From positions 9,981 through 73,980 of the forward strand of contig CASEBB010000002.1 in NCBI GenBank assembly GCA_949286015.1: DNA of 64,000 nucleotides, in the 5' to 3' direction. Source of the DNA: an uncultured Succinivibrionaceae bacterium (lineage in GTDB: Bacteria; Pseudomonadota; Gammaproteobacteria; Enterobacterales; Succinivibrionaceae). How positions within the stretch are numbered: position 1 is the stretch's first letter; every line of letters starts with the position of its first letter. The notes beneath the pieces were generated by a model. That model was not told the DNA's origin. It worked only from the letters and a program-made list of their open reading frames with translations, and made no database searches. Below, piece by piece: positions 36,958 to 47,244 of the stretch. The translations under genes were made by a program, and so were the position numbers.

Positions 36958-38988
36958 CTACTTGCTGCTCTTACCGGCCTTTTTGACGCGCTTTTTCAGC
37001 ACTAAGCCCGAACCAGTGCGTTTAGCCTCGGCAATGGCCTTATTGGTAGCACGGGCGGCCTTTTGCGCCGAACGCTCATAGCGACGCTCGGTCTCAGCTT
37101 GACGGCGCTGCTGACGCATCTTCGATTGCGTCAGACGCTTCTGCGCTGGCTTCTCATTGGCGTAAGGGTTATCACCCTCCTTAAACTCCAGAATCACTGG
37201 CGAGCCCATGATGTGCAGCGACTTGCGGTAGCAATTGATGAGATAGCGCTTATAGCTATCTGGCATCTTTGAGACCTTATTGCCGTGGATGATGATACGT
37301 GGTGGGTTATAACCACCCGCATGGGCGTACTTGAGCTTAATGCGACGACCGCCAGACATAGGAGGCTCGTGCTCTTGTACCGCCGCCGAAAGAATGCGGT
37401 TTAAGGTCGACGAGCTATTACGACGCGTGGCCGACTCATAGGCCTCATCAATCGACTCAAAGAGGTTGCCCACACCGGTACCGTGTAAGGCCGAAATAAA
37501 GTGCACGCGCGCAAAGTCCACAAAGCCTAAGCGCAGCTCTAACTCCTGCTTAATCTCATGCTTAAAGTCAGTAGTCAGACCGTCCCACTTGTTAACGGCA
37601 ATGACCAGCGAGCGCCCCGAGTCAATGATAAAGCTCAACAGCGATAAGTCCTGATCAGTGATGTGCTCACGGGCATCAATCACTAAGATCGCCACGTTGC
37701 AGTCCTCAATCGCCTTTAAGGTCTTCACAATCGAGAACTTCTCAATGGCGTCAGAGACCTTGCGGCGCTTACGGACACCGGCCGTGTCGATCACGATGTA
37801 CTTTTTGCCCTCGCGCTCGAGTGGGATGTAAATAGAGTCACGCGTGGTGCCTGGCATGTCAGCGACCACCACACGCTCCTCACCTAAGAGGCGGTTGGTC
37901 AGCGTGGACTTACCCACATTAGGCTTACCGATCAGCGCAAACTTAATTGGCAGGTCAGCAAATGGTGTCTTGGTGCTCTCGGCAATCTTTTGTTGCTGCT
38001 CCGCGCTGAGCTCACCCTTTTGCTGGGCACGCTGGTTCTCACGGAAGTTATGCCAATCAAAGCCACCACCGGTGCGATCCACAGGCACGTTATCAAGGAA
38101 GGCGTAGCCCTGTTCCCACTCACTGTTCTCTTCACCATGGCGTTGGTGACGTGGTGCTTGTCCCTGTGCCGCGTCTTCTGCGTCGCTAAAGTCAAACTCG
38201 TCTAAGTCGAGGCCATTACCTAAGGACAGGTCAGAGGCAATATCCGTTACCTCGTCGCTAGCAGCGTCAGCGTCGGCATCAGTGTCAGTGTCAGCAGAGT
38301 CAGCAGCAGCGTCAGACTCATCATCTTCTGCGTCGTCGGTGTCATCCTCAGCAGCGTCTGCATTGCCAGCAGCAGAGGTAGTAGCAGCAGGCCGCTCATA
38401 GAGCTTGCCGGAGACATCGATCTCAAGCTCGTTGTCTTCTTCCTCGTCCTCAGCCTCCGCGATCAGATCGCTCTCCAGAGGGCCCTCTTCACGCAGGATA
38501 GGCGCAACCACCTCCTCTAAGAGGATATTGACGCCACGGCCATGCACTACTGCCGTCTGGTAGATCTCTCCTAAGCCTAAGGCATAGAAGTCAGTACCAG
38601 CGATGTCCAGATCCATACCGTCGACCTTATTGGCCACGACAGCGCATGGCTTGCCAGAGCGGCGAATGTAATCAGCGACAGCATAATCGCCAGGCATAAT
38701 GCCCGCGCGGGCATCGACCATAAAAAGCACTAAATCGCACTCATCAATGGCCAGTAAGGCCTGCGAGGTCATACGACTGGTAAGATCCGATGGTTGCTCA
38801 GCATCTTCGGCAATACCACCGGTGTCGATAACGATGTACTCGCGGCCATCGTATAAGGCACGACCGTACTTACGGTCGCGGGTTAAGCCAGGGAAGTCTG
38901 CCACTAAGGCATCACGGGTCTTAGTTAATCGATTAAAAAGCGTGGATTTGCCCACGTTTGGGCAGCCCACTAAGGCCACAACCTTCAT
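36958..38988 (-). CDS. der: Ribosome-assembly GTPase Der (EngA) with expanded inter-domain linker and basic C-terminal extension
   Basis: Start [21 protein letters not shown]. Second GTPase domain [20 protein letters not shown]-like C-terminal domain. The ~180-aa D/E/A-rich linker lies at aa ~171-350 of the ORF. Confidence 0.95.
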   Translation of the reverse strand: MKVVALVGCPNVGKSTLFNRLTKTRDALVADFPGLTRDRKYGRALYDGREYIVIDTGGIAEDAEQPSDLTSRMTSQALLAIDECDLVLFMVDARAGIMPGDYAVADYIRRSGKPCAVVANKVDGMDLDIAGTDFYALGLGEIYQTAVVHGRGVNILLEEVVAPILREEGPLESDLIAEAEDEEEDNELEIDVSGKLYERPAATTSAAGNADAAEDDTDDAEDDESDAAADSADTDTDADADAASDEVTDIASDLSLGNGLDLDEFDFSDAEDAAQGQAPRHQRHGEENSEWEQGYAFLDNVPVDRTGGGFDWHNFRENQRAQQKGELSAEQQQKIAESTKTPFADLPIKFALIGKPNVGKSTLTNRLLGEERVVVADMPGTTRDSIYIPLEREGKKYIVIDTAGVRKRRKVSDAIEKFSIVKTLKAIEDCNVAILVIDAREHITDQDLSLLSFIIDSGRSLVIAVNKWDGLTTDFKHEIKQELELRLGFVDFARVHFISALHGTGVGNLFESIDEAYESATRRNSSSTLNRILSAAVQEHEPPMSGGRRIKLKYAHAGGYNPPRIIIHGNKVSKMPDSYKRYLINCYRKSLHIMGSPVILEFKEGDNPYANEKPAQKRLTQSKMRQQRRQAETERRYERSAQKAARATNKAIAEAKRTGSGLVLKKRVKKAGKSSK

Positions 38989-39530
38989 GAATAACCCCTG
39001 CACTAAAGGCCACTGCGTCAGTTTCGCTTGTTTCTACTAAGGTCGCTCACAAACGAGCTGAAACTTACGTCTCACGGCTGTAGCGCTTCTAAGTTCCCTC
39101 TACCAACATCACGCCAGCACCAGACTAGCACGCCTGTGCTTCTGTGCTCCGGTGCTTCCTGCCACCACTTGGCGTGATGACAGTTATCGCTGGTAATAAT
39201 GACGGGAACAACAAAATCTTACGACCTCACGGTCGGAACCACGGCAGTACAAAGCGACAAAGCTACAACGCACCTCTGGTGCCTTTGCAGCTACGCCGAG
39301 AGTATCCCAAAAAGCAAATCCCAAAGGAGGTAACTGCCTGCAATCAGGTGTTTTATCCTGAGAGGCGGTGTTTGCTGCGGCGCTATCCTCAAGATAAGAC
39401 GCCGTCAGGCGCTTTTTAGGTTACCTACTCTACGCCCATTAGCTAATAAACTGCTCAAACTGCATATTTTAGCGTTTTCTACGGCTAAGGGCAAAGCTTA
39501 GCCCCACACCGCAGCTCCGCTCTTTACCGC

Positions 39531-39574
39531 TCAAAAACAACAAAAGCACCGTCTCCTTACAAGATGGTGCTTTT
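39531..39574 (-). terminator. Terminator-like hairpin downstream of bamB
   Basis: The minus strand reads AAAAGCACC-(15-nt loop)-GGTGCTTTTGTTGTTTTT. Confidence 0.6.
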
Positions 39575-39630
39575 GCTCAGCAGCTGCCAGCTTCTCAGGT
39601 GGCAGCCTCTCTTTTTAACAGAACCGGCTC

Positions 39631-41172
39631 TTACTCTTGGCCTTCCGGCTCATCATCCATAGCGGCACGCACACCTGGGGCGATACCAAAGCCCGAGACC
39701 TGCTTACGACGCTCTTCCTCGTAAGCCTTCACACGGGCCTCGTACTCAGCACGGGCCTTAGCAGCCTCGGCCGCTGCACGACGTTGTGCTGCAATCTGTG
39801 CCTCTTGCTGTGCCACCGCACGGCGAATAGCAGAACGACGGGCCTCTAACTGCTCTTGGCTCATCGACGATGGCGCATAAATACCACCATCGTACACACC
39901 TGGGTGATTGAGCGTTAAGCCCTGCCCCGCACTGGCCAGCAACGCTTCATTAGCGCTCTCCACTTGAGCGGCTGTGGAGTTCTGGCCTTGGGCCTCGTAA
40001 CGCAGGCAGCTTAAGGTGCCATCACGCGCTAAGAGGTATAAGTTACCGTTTTTGACCTGACCCTCGACGTAGTAGCCCGAGCTATCTAAGGACTCCTTGT
40101 AATCAATGGAGCCATCCTGCATATCGAGGAAGTACACATAGCCCTCGTAGTCACCCACCACGGCGTAATTACCGTAGACCACTGGGCCCGTGACATTACG
40201 ATAGCTTAACTGGGTGTTAGCCCAGCGCTGACTGTTGTCAGAGCGATTGATGCAGTACACGGTACCGTCATCAGAGGTCAGCACCAGCGAATTCTCATCA
40301 AAGCCAAAATCACGGCTCGACTGATAGCCTAAGCGGGCGGCGTAGTTGAAAGTACCGAAATCGTACTCCACTAAGCTGCCAGCAAAGGAAGCGGCATAGA
40401 GCATATTGCCTAACAGCAGTGGCGAGGTCGAAACATCAGCCACACGCTCTAAGGCATTCGCACCAATAGCCTCACCCACAGTAATTTGGTTAACCGTAGC
40501 GCCATTGCTCTGTAAGAGCACGTTGACACGGCCCGAGGAGGTGCCGACTAACACGTACTCATCACCTACTGCCAGCGGATTGGCTTGCGCTCTTAAGCGC
40601 AGCGCTTGTGGCGCATCACCGGTCACCCATAAGAGCTCACCGCTTAAGGTATCAAAAGCGCTGAAGTTACCACGGCTATCTAAGACAAAGAGCTTAGAGC
40701 CAGAAGCATTAAAGGTTGGGCGTGCTACCACCTCCGCCTCTAAGTAGTGCTTCCACGCAATGGAGCCGTCAGCACTGTTGAGTACGTAGATGTAACCGTT
40801 TTCCGAGCCAATAGCGAGCTTGGAGCCATTAATGGCTACGCCACCTGATAAGCGTGCTGAGCGCTTATCCTGATTCTCAGCTTCTTTGCTTAAGTCCACT
40901 TCCCAGAGGCGATCACCGTTGCTCTGGGTAAAGGCCATCACATCACCATTACGGGCAGCCGTGTAAACATTGTGCTCGTCAAAGGCCGCCTCTAACTCCG
41001 AGAAGAAATCGGATACGCCACCTGTGGTGCTCGACCAGAGCTCAGCGACCGCAAAGCGGTTTTCGACCTCAGGTGATTCTACAGGTTGAAAACGGGTATC
41101 AGAGCTGGAGCAACCTGCAAGCAGCAGTAAGGCAGCAGCGGGCAGAGCTATGGCGAGTTTGGACTTGAGCAT
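39631..41172 (-). CDS. bamB: Outer-membrane protein assembly factor BamB, with ~120-aa C-terminal extension
   Basis: Lipoprotein signal MLKSKLAIALPAAALLLLAGCSS. PQQ-like beta-propeller repeats. Conserved position between yfgM and der. A/E/R/Q-rich tail. Confidence 0.9.
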   Translation of the reverse strand: MLKSKLAIALPAAALLLLAGCSSSDTRFQPVESPEVENRFAVAELWSSTTGGVSDFFSELEAAFDEHNVYTAARNGDVMAFTQSNGDRLWEVDLSKEAENQDKRSARLSGGVAINGSKLAIGSENGYIYVLNSADGSIAWKHYLEAEVVARPTFNASGSKLFVLDSRGNFSAFDTLSGELLWVTGDAPQALRLRAQANPLAVGDEYVLVGTSSGRVNVLLQSNGATVNQITVGEAIGANALERVADVSTSPLLLGNMLYAASFAGSLVEYDFGTFNYAARLGYQSSRDFGFDENSLVLTSDDGTVYCINRSDNSQRWANTQLSYRNVTGPVVYGNYAVVGDYEGYVYFLDMQDGSIDYKESLDSSGYYVEGQVKNGNLYLLARDGTLSCLRYEAQGQNSTAAQVESANEALLASAGQGLTLNHPGVYDGGIYAPSSMSQEQLEARRSAIRRAVAQQEAQIAAQRRAAAEAAKARAEYEARVKAYEEERRKQVSGFGIAPGVRAAMDDEPEGQE

Positions 41173-41371
41173 GTTCTTTTTTCCACGTTAACGGTGACGT
41201 TGATGCTCTGTATTGTAAGACATACGCGGGCGGGACTAAAGCCTTTTGCCAAGATACTAAAGGCTTTGGCCAAGAGGCAGCAAAGCTGTGGCGCAAGCAC
41301 ATAGCTTTGACACGGGCAAAGGCTGTGGTACAGGCACAGCCTCTGGCGTAAGCACAGGGCTTTACTGCTTT

Positions 41372-41519
41372 GGAACGACTGACTTAATAAATGACGGAAT
41401 TTAGGGCACGCATGCATGCCTATCTCAAGATAGGCTCAGGCTCGCTTGCACCTTTTATCTCGAGGGGGACATTGCAACCACGCCCCACTACAACCGTCAC
41501 TTATTAGCTCACTCTTTCC
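41372..41519 (-). mobile_element. MITE-like element, subfamily 1
   Basis: GGAACGACTGACTTAATAAATGACGGAATTTAGGGCACGCATGCATGCCTATCTCAAGATAGGCTCAGGCTCGCTTGCACCTTTTATCTCGAGG...CCGTCACTTATTAGCTCACTCTTTCC. TTT lies on both flanks. The copy sits between yfgM and bamB. Confidence 0.9.
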
Positions 41520-41531
41520 TTTATGGCAGTC

Positions 41532-42257
41532 TTAGCCCTCAGCAGCGGCGCTGGCCTCAGCATCAGCTTGCTTAAGAGCAGTAGCTGCATCCTGTGCTTG
41601 CTCAGCCATTAACTGAAAAGCTGGGGTGTCACCTGCTTGAATCACGTTGTCAAACTTCATCTGCAGCATTGGGCTGATTTGCAGCTTGGCAGCGTAGAGG
41701 ATGTCAATGGCCTGCTTGTAGGCATCGTGAGCTGCTTCAGTCTGATTGCGCGCCATAAAGATGTCACCGCGCACCTCTAAGATCTCAGCCTTATAGGAGT
41801 CGGACTTAATGCCATCTAAGGTCTGCAAAGCAGCATCGTACTGAGCATTTTGCGCCTGTAAGCGCGCTTTGACAATGGCCGTTTGTGGCGCAATCAGCTC
41901 GCCGCCGTGTTGCTGGGCAAAGTCGATATAGCGCTCCGCCTCAGAGTAGTTGTTGGCACGTAAGACCACATTGGCCATATCTAAGGCCAAAATAGCGCCA
42001 TAGACGTCATCGTGCTCGTCTAAGAACTTCTGAGCCTCAGGGAAGGTAGCGGTACCACGGCTGGCCATTTGATTTTGCAGCTGATAGACCTCTAAGGCCG
42101 TAGCTTGCTTTTGCTCAAGCTCGTAAGCTTGGTACTGACGCACGGCCACTAAGCCTAATAAGGCGATGGCGATACCTAAGGCAATAGGCTTCCAGTGCTC
42201 ATGCCACCACTTGCGTACCGCCTCTTCTCTCTCGTGCTCGTCAGTTAAGATGTCCAT
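41532..42257 (-). CDS. yfgM: YfgM-like TPR membrane protein (ancillary SecYEG translocon subunit family)
   Basis: 241 aa. N-terminal TM anchor WKPIALGIAIALLGLVAV followed by TPR-like helices. Conserved position between hisS and bamB. Confidence 0.8.
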   Translation of the reverse strand: MDILTDEHEREEAVRKWWHEHWKPIALGIAIALLGLVAVRQYQAYELEQKQATALEVYQLQNQMASRGTATFPEAQKFLDEHDDVYGAILALDMANVVLRANNYSEAERYIDFAQQHGGELIAPQTAIVKARLQAQNAQYDAALQTLDGIKSDSYKAEILEVRGDIFMARNQTEAAHDAYKQAIDILYAAKLQISPMLQMKFDNVIQAGDTPAFQLMAEQAQDAATALKQADAEASAAAEG

Positions 42258-42476
42258 AGAAAAATCTCAAAAAGGAAAACGCTCTCCACCATCAGTAGAG
42301 ACAGCCAAGTCTAAGCTACGAGGCTTAGCCTCGCCTTAGCTTAAGAGGGGCGCCGTTTATCTCCGCTTTCACCGGCGCTGCCCTCTATGGAGTACCACAG
42401 CTTGCTCCAAGCCTTGCGGGGAAGTTACAGGGAACTCACTGGGAGCTCACTGGGTACTCGCAGGGAACAGTAAGCT

Positions 42477-43766
42477 TTAGGCCTCAGCCGCGCTCTGCTG
42501 CAAGATGCTCTTGATCAGCGCTAAGGCCTCAGTCTCTGGCACCACCTGTTGCTCGGTAGTACGCAGATTCTTAATCGTGAGGGTGCCGTTCTTCAGCTCC
42601 TCTTCACCTAAGATCACAGCCACCTTAGCCTGCACCTTATCCGCACGCTTTAACAGGCGCTTAAAGTTGCCACCACCGCAGTGATTCATGACACCTAAGT
42701 CAGGTAAGGCTGCACGTAACTGCTGACAGATACGCAACTGCGCCGCTTCGATGCCCTCGCCCATGCCACAGACATAAACGTCCACAGCACTTGAAACTTT
42801 AATCTTACCTAAAGTGGTCAGCAAAAGCATCAGTCGCTCAAGACCTAAGCCAAAGCCCACCGCTGGGGTTGGCTTACCGCCTAATTGCTCCACTAAGCCA
42901 TCATAGCGACCACCGCCGCACACCGTACCTTGGGCACCTAAGGCCGTAGTCGTCCACTCAAACACGGTCAGATTGTAGTAATCCAAACCACGCACTAAAC
43001 GTGGGTTGAGCTTAAAGGAGATACCCTGCGAAGTTAAGAGCTCTTGCAGCTTGGTAAAGTGCGCCTTGCTCTCCTCACCTAAGTAGTCATAAAGCGTTGG
43101 GGCATCCTTTAACAGCTCTTGGACTTGTGGATCCTTGCTATCGAGCACACGCAGTGGATTGGTGTGGGTACGACGCTTTGAGTCCTCATCGAGCTTATCG
43201 AAATTGGCCTCAAGGAACTTGACCAGATTCTCTTTGTAGACCTTACGCTCGTCGTTACTACCTAAGGTATTGAGCTCTAAGGTCAGATCGCCAGCGATGC
43301 CCAGCTTGCACCATAAGTCGTGCGTTAAGCAGATAATCTCCGCATCGATGTCAGGGCCATTTAAGCCAAAAACCTCCACGCCTAATTGGTGGAATTGGCG
43401 ATAGCGACCCTTTTGTGGACGCTCGTGGCGGAACATAGGCCCCATGTACCACAGGCGCTGCTCTTGATTGTAGATTAAGGAGTGCTCTAACGCGGCGCGG
43501 ACACAGCCGGCGGTGCCCTCAGGACGCAGCGAGAGGCTATCACCGGAGCGATCGGTAAAGGTGTACATCTCCTTTTCCACGACGTCGGTGACCTCACCGA
43601 TGGCACGGCTAAAGAGGTTGGTATGCTCGACGATTGGCATACGCATTTCGCTGTAGCCGTAGGAAGAAACGGTTTGCCGAATAATCTTTTCTACCTGCTG
43701 CCAAATGGAGGTGTCCTCTGGCAGGAGGTCGTTCATACCACGAATGGCCTGAATGGATTGCGCCAT
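42477..43766 (-). CDS. hisS: Histidine--tRNA ligase
   Basis: 429 aa. [19 protein letters not shown]. Class II motifs [20 protein letters not shown] and GGGRYDGL. Confidence 0.97.
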   Translation of the reverse strand: MAQSIQAIRGMNDLLPEDTSIWQQVEKIIRQTVSSYGYSEMRMPIVEHTNLFSRAIGEVTDVVEKEMYTFTDRSGDSLSLRPEGTAGCVRAALEHSLIYNQEQRLWYMGPMFRHERPQKGRYRQFHQLGVEVFGLNGPDIDAEIICLTHDLWCKLGIAGDLTLELNTLGSNDERKVYKENLVKFLEANFDKLDEDSKRRTHTNPLRVLDSKDPQVQELLKDAPTLYDYLGEESKAHFTKLQELLTSQGISFKLNPRLVRGLDYYNLTVFEWTTTALGAQGTVCGGGRYDGLVEQLGGKPTPAVGFGLGLERLMLLLTTLGKIKVSSAVDVYVCGMGEGIEAAQLRICQQLRAALPDLGVMNHCGGGNFKRLLKRADKVQAKVAVILGEEELKNGTLTIKNLRTTEQQVVPETEALALIKSILQQSAAEA

Positions 43767-43995
43767 GTTGCAGATTAATCCTATAAAAAGAGCTCCACCA
43801 AAGCCGCGTCAGAAAATTAAGGCAAGGGCTCTGGGGATGAAATCTAATAAGTCATGAGCGGCCCGTCTTACGCCAAATTGCTCACTCAGAGGTGTGTTGG
43901 CTTGGTGGCTCTTCTCTTTGTCTGGTAGAGAGCACCAAGCAGCATCGCTCCTGCGCTCAAGAAGAGGATCAGTGCTGGCTTTTGGCGTGACCAAT

Positions 43996-44176
43996 CTTGA
44001 GGTTGGTGTTGGTGTCCTATCTACCAAAAGCGGCTCTTATCAGAGGTTGATGGCTAGAGCCACACACTGCTTTTAGGTGGCTAACATTAAACGCCATAAC
44101 CGCCATAACCACGGCTCAGGTGCTTGCCTCAAGATTTGAGGCTACGTTGTGGTATCCACCAAACTCTGAGGAGAGC
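43996..44176. repeat. Second repeat family ('X'), copy 2 (longest)
   Basis: CTTGAGGTTGGTGTTGGTGTCCTATCTACCAAAAGC... followed by GGTTGATGGCTAGAGCC...CTTTTAGGTGGCTAACATTAAACGCC...ATAACCACGGCTCAGGTGCTTGCCTCAAG...ACGTTGTGGTATCCACCAAACTCTGAGGAGAGC. Confidence 0.75.
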
Positions 44177-44207
44177 AGTTTGCTGGCGTGCCAGCCGCAC
44201 ACCACAG

Positions 44208-45329
44208 CTACTTGCTAACAGATTTGACCTTGGTGTCAGGAGTCTCGTCTCCTTCGGCTAAGGCCCGCACGCGACTTTCGACGCGCTCTAAGATCTCCTC
44301 AGTGCCAATCCGGCCCATCAGCTCACCATGCTCGTAAATCAAGCACTTGCCGTTTTTGCCACCACAGATAGCCACATCAGCGTGTAAGGCTTCACCAGGG
44401 CCATTGACCACACAGCCCATAATGGCAATCTTGATGGGCTTGCGAATGTCAGCTAAGCGCTGCTCCAGCGTCTGCACGGTGCCCACCACATCATAGCCGC
44501 GACGCGAGCACGTTGGGCAGGCCACAATGTTAACGCCACGACTACGCAAATGCATGCTCTTTAAGATCGCCCAGCCGACTTTGACCTCTTCTACAGGGTC
44601 AGCAGCCAGCGATACACGCAAGGTATCACCAATACCCTTTTGCAGCAGCATACCAATGCCAATCGAGGACAGCACGGTACCAGCGGTGAGACCACCGGCC
44701 TCAGTGATACCCAAATGTAGCGGGGCATCAGTCTTTTGCGCTAAGAGCTCATAAGCAGCCACGCATAAGTAAAGCTCCGAGGCCTTTACCGAAAAAGCGT
44801 AGTCCACAAAGTTGTGGCTCTCAAGAATCTCTGCCGAGCGTAAAGCTGCTTCGACCATAGCCTCAGGATTAGGCGCACCGTACTTTTCAAGCAAGTCCTT
44901 ATCTAAGGAACCGGCATTGACACCCACGCGAATCGGCAGACCGTGATCCTTGGCCGCTTGGCAGACAGCCTCTACCTTGTGACGGGCACCGATATTACCT
45001 GGATTGATACGCAAAGCAGCAGCACCATTTTCGGCACAGGCAATAGCAATGCGGTAATCAAAGTGGATGTCAGCCACAATTGGTACCGGAGATTGCGCCA
45101 CGATGCTCTTAAAGGCTGCGGCCGCCTCCATGGATGGCACCGAAACACGCACGATGTCAGCACCGACGTCAGCTAGAGCTTGCACTTGCGCCACGGTTGC
45201 GGCGACGTCGAGAGTTTCAGTGCAGGTCATACTTTGCACGGAGATAGGAGCGCCTCCGCCAACGAGCACTGAGCCCACTTTTATTTGCCGTGAGTTACGG
45301 CGCACGATCTGTGGTGCATGCCACTCCAT
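44208..45329 (-). CDS. ispG: 4-hydroxy-3-methylbut-2-en-1-yl diphosphate synthase
   Basis: The ORF runs to 45353. The ATG at 45329 is preferred (GGAG 6 nt upstream, giving ~373 aa). Motifs [13 protein letters not shown] and [10 protein letters not shown]. Conserved synteny. Confidence 0.95.
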   Translation of the reverse strand: MEWHAPQIVRRNSRQIKVGSVLVGGGAPISVQSMTCTETLDVAATVAQVQALADVGADIVRVSVPSMEAAAAFKSIVAQSPVPIVADIHFDYRIAIACAENGAAALRINPGNIGARHKVEAVCQAAKDHGLPIRVGVNAGSLDKDLLEKYGAPNPEAMVEAALRSAEILESHNFVDYAFSVKASELYLCVAAYELLAQKTDAPLHLGITEAGGLTAGTVLSSIGIGMLLQKGIGDTLRVSLAADPVEEVKVGWAILKSMHLRSRGVNIVACPTCSRRGYDVVGTVQTLEQRLADIRKPIKIAIMGCVVNGPGEALHADVAICGGKNGKCLIYEHGELMGRIGTEEILERVESRVRALAEGDETPDTKVKSVSK

Positions 45330-45411
45330 AACCATCTCCGAGGCTGGGAACAAAAACGGAAAAGAAAAGAGAAGAGTAGGAAAAGCGAAAGTTTCTAGCG
45401 CCTAGCGCCTA

Positions 45412-45561
45412 GGAATGAGTGATCTCATAAGTGACTAAAGATGGGATGCGTAAGGGCAAATACACACTTTAAGATGCATGGTGCAGGTGAATCTAATCCT
45501 ATCTTAGGATAGGTGCACCATGATTACCCTAAAGTCCCTCATCTATAAAGTCAGTCGTTCC
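45412..45561 (+). mobile_element. MITE-like element, subfamily 2
   Basis: GGAATGAGTGATCTCATAAGTGAC...GATGCATGGTGCAGGTGAATCTAATCCTATCTTAGGATAGGTGCACCATG...CATCTATAAAGTCAGTCGTTCC. The copy sits between rodZ and ispG. Confidence 0.85.
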
Positions 45562-45580
45562 CCTGCGCTACCGTGCTGCG

Positions 45581-45625
45581 TGCAGTGCAGTGCAGTGCAG
45601 TACTGTACTGAACTGCACTACTGTA
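45581..45625. repeat. Pentanucleotide-periodic tract (TGCAG)4(TACTG)2...
   Basis: Read directly, just 3' of the rodZ stop codon. Confidence 0.8.
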
Positions 45626-45627
45626 CC

Positions 45628-47163
45628 TTAGCGCATTGGCAGCTCAAACTGCACTTGCTGGGACTTTGGCATATTAATGCTACCGCCCATATACGAGACG
45701 CTTACCGCATCCGTATCGCTTAACTGGACTTTAATCGGTGGGATGCCAGTAACCGCCACGCGATCACCGGCCTTGTAGTGACCACTGGCCAGCACGCGAT
45801 TGCTGCTGTCTAATACCCTTAAGGCGACATCACGCTTAACCTGAATCACCGCACGGTTTAAAGAGGCGAGACCATCACGATCGACCACCTTTACCTGTGA
45901 GGAGATATTGCGCAGATTGGAGCTCAGCTCTGGTGCTGGTGCTTGCTCCTCTGGCTTTGCTTGCTCAGTAGCAGTGGCATTTTCTGCAGGTACATTGCCC
46001 TGAGCAGCATTATTCTCAGCAGCGCTGAGGCGTAAGGCGGCTTCACGGGCTTGCTCCTCTACGGACTTGCCGTTAGCAGGTGCCTGCAGAGCTGTCGTAT
46101 CGCTCACAGGGGCGTCCACAGTGGTTTGGCCTGAGCCAGCCGCATTAGTGGTGGTCGCAGTTGGATCGTGAGGTAGGAGCAGCGAATCTTGTGGCGCTGG
46201 ACGGGCCTGCTCTTCTTGCTGCTGTTGTGCCGCAGCTTGCTGGGCATCCTGTGCCAGAGCACGGGCTTGCGCTTCGGCCTTAGCGGTGTTTTCATCCACC
46301 ACCTGCACCTGTGGCGCTTGCTCGTTGCTTGGCTCCTCGAGAATTACGGCCTCCTCACCGCTTGCGGCATTGGCGCTATTGGCATTAGCGCTATCAGAGG
46401 AAATCAGCGGCATCGAGGTATCTAAAGGCGCTAACTGCTCTGAGCCGTTTTTTACCAGCGTTTGCAGCTCCTGCTCCTTTTGCTCCATGTCAGGATTTTC
46501 GTTATTGTCATCCCCTAAAACGAGGTACGCCACAAAGGCCATGACAATAATGAGCACCACAATAAACCAATTGCGGCTCATGTGCCGGTCAGTTACTTTC
46601 TTCTTGTTCTTTTTCTGCTCAATCACGACTTGCTCCCCTACTTGACGCAGATAAATCTCCGACATCTCCTCGAAATTGAGGCCTAAGAGAATGGAGTAGC
46701 GGGAGATCATGTTGAGCGCAAAATCCGCCGAGGTTTGATTTACTAAGCGGTCGCGCTCGATGTCATCAATAGTCGTCGGACGAGCTCTTAACTTACAGGC
46801 AACATCTTGGAGCGAAAGGCCCGCACGCTGCCGGTGGTAGCGCAGGATCTCACCAATGGAGTGGAGCTGATCTAAGTCCTGATCCGTAGTGCGCACAGGG
46901 CTGACGTAAGGGTTCTCCGCAAACTGCGAGAGGTCATCCTGCTCTGTAGCGGTGACAGCCTTATTAGCTCCGGCAGCTACTGCGGCCCCCTCTTGCGAGT
47001 AAGCCTCAGCAGCATTAGTTGCTGTGACATCGGCAGCAGCGGCGTTAGCTGCGCTTGGGTCTACAGCAGCATCAGGACTGCTCGTGGCGTCATCCTGAGG
47101 ATGCAGCGCTGCTTGATTCTGATCACGCTCAAGCTCCGAAGCTAAATTCTGTGCAGCAGTCAT
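45628..47163 (-). CDS. rodZ: Cytoskeleton protein RodZ, expanded
   Basis: 511 aa. XRE-type HTH IGEILRYHRQRAGLSLQDVACKL, single TM WFIVVLIIVMAFVAYLVLG, and a C-terminal RodZ domain ...VALRVLDSSNRVLASGHYKAGDRVAVTG. Conserved synteny. Confidence 0.9.
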   Translation of the reverse strand: MTAAQNLASELERDQNQAALHPQDDATSSPDAAVDPSAANAAAADVTATNAAEAYSQEGAAVAAGANKAVTATEQDDLSQFAENPYVSPVRTTDQDLDQLHSIGEILRYHRQRAGLSLQDVACKLRARPTTIDDIERDRLVNQTSADFALNMISRYSILLGLNFEEMSEIYLRQVGEQVVIEQKKNKKKVTDRHMSRNWFIVVLIIVMAFVAYLVLGDDNNENPDMEQKEQELQTLVKNGSEQLAPLDTSMPLISSDSANANSANAASGEEAVILEEPSNEQAPQVQVVDENTAKAEAQARALAQDAQQAAAQQQQEEQARPAPQDSLLLPHDPTATTTNAAGSGQTTVDAPVSDTTALQAPANGKSVEEQAREAALRLSAAENNAAQGNVPAENATATEQAKPEEQAPAPELSSNLRNISSQVKVVDRDGLASLNRAVIQVKRDVALRVLDSSNRVLASGHYKAGDRVAVTGIPPIKVQLSDTDAVSVSYMGGSINMPKSQQVQFELPMR

Positions 47164-47244
47164 AAAGCAAACCTAAATACAGGTGTAGTCCTGACAACTT
47201 ATGGGGATAACGAAAGTCGAAAGTAACGGGGGCAAAGGAACAGA

